This document shows, piece by piece, positions 59,717-64,000 of a stretch of 64,000 nucleotides of DNA (position 1 is its first letter; every line of letters begins with the position of its first letter). Both the position numbers and the translations under genes were made by a program. The notes below the pieces were generated by a model. That model was not told the DNA's origin. It did not search any database and was given only the letters and a program-made list of their open reading frames with translations. Source of the stretch: Bdellovibrionota bacterium FG-1 (GTDB taxonomy: Bacteria > Bdellovibrionota > UBA1018); contig JBBCAW010000062.1 in assembly GCA_051382295.1 (NCBI GenBank), positions 50,040 to 114,039 on the forward strand, in the 5' to 3' direction.

Positions 59717-59743
59717 TCAAGACTCTGCGCCGATAGCCGAAAA
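59717..59743 (+). promoter_or_regulatory. Possible sigma28 promoter
   Basis: TCAA-N15-GCCGAAAA. Confidence 0.55.
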
Positions 59744-59766
59744 GTCCAAAGAGAAGGAGCACTCAA

Positions 59767-61482
59767 GTGCTTTTAAAGAACAAAAAAAACACCTTGTTTC
59801 AATTCCGGGCCACAGTTGCGTTGCTCTTGGGAGTCATTGTCCTTGGAGCGAGTCCTTCGCGCGCTCAGGCCGCAGACTTGCCGCAAGAACGCAATTTCTA
59901 TGATGTTTTAGAAGACGTCATGGGTGATTTTGAGTTTGACCTCAAAAATGGAAATGTAACTGGACTTCGAGACGTCTCCGTCCGCAACGTCGCGGTGAGT
60001 GAGAATGTCCCCACTTCATTCAAAAGCCATTTGGAACTTCTCATTTCGGAAAAAATCCTCAAAAACACCAAATCCAAGGTCATTCAGTGCCTTCCGTGTA
60101 AGGCCAGAAAAACCACCTTAAACGGAGAACAAGTTGTCATCACCTCTCCGGAAACAAACCCAGCAGAACTCTCAAGAATTGCAAAATCGAGTGGCATTGA
60201 GCACTTTATAGATGTTGCCTTTACCTATCAGCCGTCAGGAATGGTGCTCTCGATGACCATTATTGAGCCTGAAACCGGCTCCATAGTATGGTCGCGCAGC
60301 TACAACTCAGAAACGACCCATGCCGCAGCCTTTCGACGCGGAGTGGATTACTCACAGACCGACGATGCCAGAAAGTCAGCCGAGTATACCCCGACTATGC
60401 AATACCGAGGTACGGCCTATTACCTTTTTGAACCTAACATGGGTGGGATGAGCGGATGTCTGGGGCTTGGGTTCCGGATGGTAGAACGGTACGATAACCG
60501 CCGCAAAGAGGTCGGTTTCGAATTCAATTACCTCAAGGATGTGTCAACTCTCACGGGCGGAAGCTCCGCCACGGCCGCAGCAGATGCAACGGATAATATT
60601 TTTGGAGGCATCAATGCAACCGTCCTTTTTGTGCATGGCTGGAATTTTATTGGGGATGAAGAGAACTTCAATAAGGTCAGGTCCAACTTGACCATAACCA
60701 CCTTAAACGGAGAACAAGTTGTCATCACCTCTCCGGAAACAAACCCAGCAGAACTCTCAAGAATTGCAAAATCGAGTGGCATTGAGCACTTTATAGATGT
60801 TGCCTTTACCTATCAGCCGTCAGGAATGGTGCTCTCGATGACCATTATTGAGCCTGAAACCGGCTCCATAGTATGGTCGCGCAGCTACAACTCAGAAACG
60901 ACCCATGCCGCAGCCTTTCGACGCGGAGTGGATTACTCACAGACCGACGATGCCAGAAAGTCAGCCGAGTATACCCCGACTATGCAATACCGAGGTACGG
61001 CCTATTACCTTTTTGAACCTAACATGGGTGGGATGAGCGGATGTCTGGGGCTTGGGTTCCGGATGGTAGAACGGTACGATAACCGCCGCAAAGAGGTCGG
61101 TTTCGAATTCAATTACCTCAAGGATGTGTCAACTCTCACGGGCGGAAGCTCCGCCACGGCCGCAGCAGATGCAACGGATAATATTTTTGGAGGCATCAAT
61201 GCAACCGTCCTTTTTGTGCATGGCTGGAATTTTATTGGGGATGAAGAGAACTTCAATAAGGTCAGGTCCAACTTGACCATGGGATTAGGCGGCACCTACT
61301 CTTCCGGATTTTTAGGAGGCTTGATTAGGGCCTCTTGGGAATGGCGCTTAGGAAAGCACTTTTCGATTTCAGCCGTAGCCGGTTATCGCCCTTCCGCTAT
61401 GGCTTACGTAGGAACTGCGGTTTCGACCGGAAAAAGCGTGGGTGGCGCTGAATTTGGAGTGGGCATCAGTTTACTGAAATAA
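59767..61482 (+). CDS. Exported protein: alpha/beta periplasmic domain plus probable outer-membrane beta-barrel, with a 195-aa internal duplication
   Basis: Signal peptide ending AQA; alternating beta-strand pattern in the C-terminal part. Confidence 0.75.
   Translation: MLLKNKKNTLFQFRATVALLLGVIVLGASPSRAQAADLPQERNFYDVLEDVMGDFEFDLKNGNVTGLRDVSVRNVAVSENVPTSFKSHLELLISEKILKNTKSKVIQCLPCKARKTTLNGEQVVITSPETNPAELSRIAKSSGIEHFIDVAFTYQPSGMVLSMTIIEPETGSIVWSRSYNSETTHAAAFRRGVDYSQTDDARKSAEYTPTMQYRGTAYYLFEPNMGGMSGCLGLGFRMVERYDNRRKEVGFEFNYLKDVSTLTGGSSATAAADATDNIFGGINATVLFVHGWNFIGDEENFNKVRSNLTITTLNGEQVVITSPETNPAELSRIAKSSGIEHFIDVAFTYQPSGMVLSMTIIEPETGSIVWSRSYNSETTHAAAFRRGVDYSQTDDARKSAEYTPTMQYRGTAYYLFEPNMGGMSGCLGLGFRMVERYDNRRKEVGFEFNYLKDVSTLTGGSSATAAADATDNIFGGINATVLFVHGWNFIGDEENFNKVRSNLTMGLGGTYSSGFLGGLIRASWEWRLGKHFSISAVAGYRPSAMAYVGTAVSTGKSVGGAEFGVGISLLK
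60111..61280 (+). repeat. 585-bp tandem duplication (60111-60695 and 60696-61280)
   Basis: No differences seen by eye; in frame. Confidence 0.95.
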
Positions 61483-61495
61483 AGGAAAGGATCCA

Positions 61496-62248
61496 GTGAT
61501 AGGGGTTTTAAAACACATCAAAATGATTGGAATTGCAGGACTGCTGGTTGTATTTACCTCAAGCGGATGCAGCACCATGCGTTCTGCCATGGGCTTAGAA
61601 ACCAAGCCCCAAGCCAATGGCCCGATCAACAACCCCTTTGGAGAAAGCTTTTCGAACAAAGCTGAACGACCTCAAAGCGTGATCTTAAGAACAAAAAAAG
61701 GTGACCGTGCGGTTGAGGTTGAGATTCCAGGCGGCACCGCCCAATTGACCGATCTCACCATTCCACTTTCTCCAGCCTTTCAAGATGGCACGGCGCGCGC
61801 TCCAGCGGGGGAAATGGATACTTTGACATCGCCCTATAAGCCCAAGCCACCCACGGCAGCCGATCGCGAAATCACGCGCGCTTTTCCCCAAACTTCCGCT
61901 GAAAATGAAAACACTCGCCGAGACATCGAACAGGAACTAGGCGTCACTCCCGCTGAAGACTCGACTCCTGAAGCAACTGAAAGCTATCTGGGCGCTCTGG
62001 ATTACCTAAAGAGCCTTTATCGAGCTGGAAGATACGAAGCCGCGCTCGTGGAAACCGATGCATTGATCCGACAGTATCCTACGGCCCCCCGGCTCCACCA
62101 AATGCGGGGGACACTGCTCGATCGCATTGGGCAAACTGACCTCGCTCTCAAAAGCTGGAAACAGGCCCTACAATTTGAACCAGGCAATACGCCACTGCGT
62201 AAATTTATTGAAAACCGTGAACACAAGAGGAGCTTAGCCTCACCATGA
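61496..62248 (+). CDS. TPR lipoprotein
   Basis: Signal ending SSGC; C-terminal TPRs. Confidence 0.8.
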   Translation: MIGVLKHIKMIGIAGLLVVFTSSGCSTMRSAMGLETKPQANGPINNPFGESFSNKAERPQSVILRTKKGDRAVEVEIPGGTAQLTDLTIPLSPAFQDGTARAPAGEMDTLTSPYKPKPPTAADREITRAFPQTSAENENTRRDIEQELGVTPAEDSTPEATESYLGALDYLKSLYRAGRYEAALVETDALIRQYPTAPRLHQMRGTLLDRIGQTDLALKSWKQALQFEPGNTPLRKFIENREHKRSLASP

Positions 62249-64000
62249 AAAAGCCCCTCACACTCGTCAATCTTTCTTTTGCACTGACTCTTGCGACCCT
62301 GGGATTATCGACAAGCTCCTCCGCCGGGAACAACGCCAAATACAGCGCAGTGGAGACGGTCCAAAAAAACACTGAAGCGCAGGTCAGACGACTGGTTGAG
62401 CCGATCTTGGATAAATATTGCCAAGAAAGCTGCAAACTCCTTTCAGTGAACACCATCGTCGATATGGCCACCCCGGATGAAGTGGCCCCGGGTTTTGATG
62501 AAGTCGAAGGCACGTCAAAGGCCGCGGAGCTTGCGCCGAGTTCGGCCCGTGTCAAGCTATTGATCGATGACAAAGTCGGTCCGATCTCGCGCCAAAAACT
62601 CACGGAACTCGTACAACAATTTTTAGATACGCTGGATTTTCCGGTTAAAATCGACACTCAGTTGGCCCACTTCCCCCAGCCAGTCGGAGCTGAAAGTCGT
62701 GTTGTTGAACTCAGGGATAAAATCATCCGACAGTTCCGTGGAACCATGGACGAACTGTTTAAACAGTTTTGTCCCGAACAGTGCTTGCTTGCGGATTTTA
62801 ACATCGTGACCGAAACGGTGAATCCCGAAGAGGCCCAGTATGGGAAGCCCGGCGAATTCATTCAAGACTCCGGCGTGGCCCTCAAAATAAAGAACATTAC
62901 GGGCACGATCCTTGTGGACGAGGCCCTCCCCCCCGTCGAACGCAATAATATCGTTGAAATGGCCAAGCTCAAAGCCAATGCCTACCGAAATGTGGATCTC
63001 GTTGGAAAAACTCTCAAATTCCCCCACCCTGATCTCATGGTCAACTCCCAAGGACTCGCAGTCGCTCGCGGGCCCCGTAATGGGTCGACTTCTGAGAAAG
63101 AAAAAAACGAGAACCGTTCCTTAGCTTCAACCAGCGACTCTAAAGAAGCCAAGACGATCACCAACGAATCCCTTCAAAAGACAACGGCCACCAATTCCAA
63201 TCAAAACTCAGAAAATAACCTACGTCAGGAAAGATTTGAGCGAATTGAAAAGATTGAGCGAGTCGAGAGTGGCGATGCGGTGCAAGTTGAACTACAAAAG
63301 TTCAAGGTTTTTGGGCTGATTTTCGCTTGTGCGGTGATTTCTTTGCTCATTTTCTTAGCCATGGCGAGCTATCGGCCCCGAGGCGGGAGCGGGGGCGACT
63401 CCTCACCCATCACCCGAATCATCCAAAACATCACTCAGGATCCCACGGGTGGGATGTCCGGCCCGGCTACCTTGGGCCCCCCCTCGGCCAGCGAACATCG
63501 CGGGTTAGTGGCCCTGCGCTTTGAGATTGAACGCCTGACTGAAGAACTCACCGCGGTCTTTGCCCAGCATCCCAAAGTGGCCAAACAGGTGTTTAGCCGA
63601 GTGCTTACCGAAGAGGGCGTCGAAACGACCTCGCAATACATTCAGATCTTTGGCGAATCCATCGTGATGGATATGCTTCGCGACCCCTCTTTGCAGAGCG
63701 ACCTGGCCGAACTCATGGAGTTTTACGCTAAAAACCCATCCGAGCTGAAAGACGAAGAGAAACTCGATCTTCTGCGCAAGCTTCACAATCGCACGATCGC
63801 GGGCAAGCTGCTCGTCATGGGCAATCGCTCCTCCAACCTCTTTGACTTCTTGGCCGAAATGGATGGCCTCCAAATTCTCGAACTCGTGCGCAACGAATCC
63901 CTTACGGTAAAATCAATCGTATTGACCCAGGTGGATCCGCAAAAACGGGCGGCCATCTACTCCCAACTGGACGAAGAAACCCGAATGCAGCTCTTAAGCG
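62245..64000 (+). CDS. FliF-like/FliG-like fusion membrane protein (partial, runs off right edge; absent from ORF track)
   Basis: Manual translation is open for 585 codons: signal peptide, two CxxxC periplasmic repeats, one TM, then FDFLAEMDGLQILELVRNESLTVKSIVLTQVDP resembling the FliG middle domain. Confidence 0.8.
   Translation, partial: MKKPLTLVNLSFALTLATLGLSTSSSAGNNAKYSAVETVQKNTEAQVRRLVEPILDKYCQESCKLLSVNTIVDMATPDEVAPGFDEVEGTSKAAELAPSSARVKLLIDDKVGPISRQKLTELVQQFLDTLDFPVKIDTQLAHFPQPVGAESRVVELRDKIIRQFRGTMDELFKQFCPEQCLLADFNIVTETVNPEEAQYGKPGEFIQDSGVALKIKNITGTILVDEALPPVERNNIVEMAKLKANAYRNVDLVGKTLKFPHPDLMVNSQGLAVARGPRNGSTSEKEKNENRSLASTSDSKEAKTITNESLQKTTATNSNQNSENNLRQERFERIEKIERVESGDAVQVELQKFKVFGLIFACAVISLLIFLAMASYRPRGGSGGDSSPITRIIQNITQDPTGGMSGPATLGPPSASEHRGLVALRFEIERLTEELTAVFAQHPKVAKQVFSRVLTEEGVETTSQYIQIFGESIVMDMLRDPSLQSDLAELMEFYAKNPSELKDEEKLDLLRKLHNRTIAGKLLVMGNRSSNLFDFLAEMDGLQILELVRNESLTVKSIVLTQVDPQKRAAIYSQLDEETRMQLLS

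Noticed and set aside
62205..63873. Short ORFs on both strands at the right end
   Set aside because: Shadows of the uninterrupted + strand ORF starting at 62245

Overview
Bacterial chromosomal window, probably Bdellovibrionota (inference from two 277-aa flagellins starting MGLRI, two TIGR02147-type regulators and many sigma28-type promoters). Mostly core genes: moxR, dnaB-rplI-yybS-rpsR-rpsF, tatC, hemW-grpE-dnaK-dnaJ, fliD-fliS, rarA, nadK, recN, lpxH, flaG, two flagellins, meaB. There are accessory patches at about 12.3-18.7 kb, 28-32.3 kb and 57.8-58.8 kb. The main finding is a ~430-450 bp unit present three times (14261-14699, 16168-16592, 16618-17059). On the minus strand each copy has a sigma54 -24/-12 promoter, a ~275-nt transcript with paired ends, an occludable Shine-Dalgarno, and a 45-46 aa basic/hydrophobic peptide ORF too short for the ORF track. 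On the plus strand each has a two-hairpin, terminator-ended antisense candidate with a copy-specific loop. This looks like a sigma54-driven, type I toxin-antitoxin-like family that I cannot assign to a known family. Also notable: a FliF-like/FliG-like fusion ORF running off the right end, an apparently perfect 585-bp in-frame tandem duplication, and repeated leaderless promoter geometry. All family calls come from motif recognition by eye; no database search was run.
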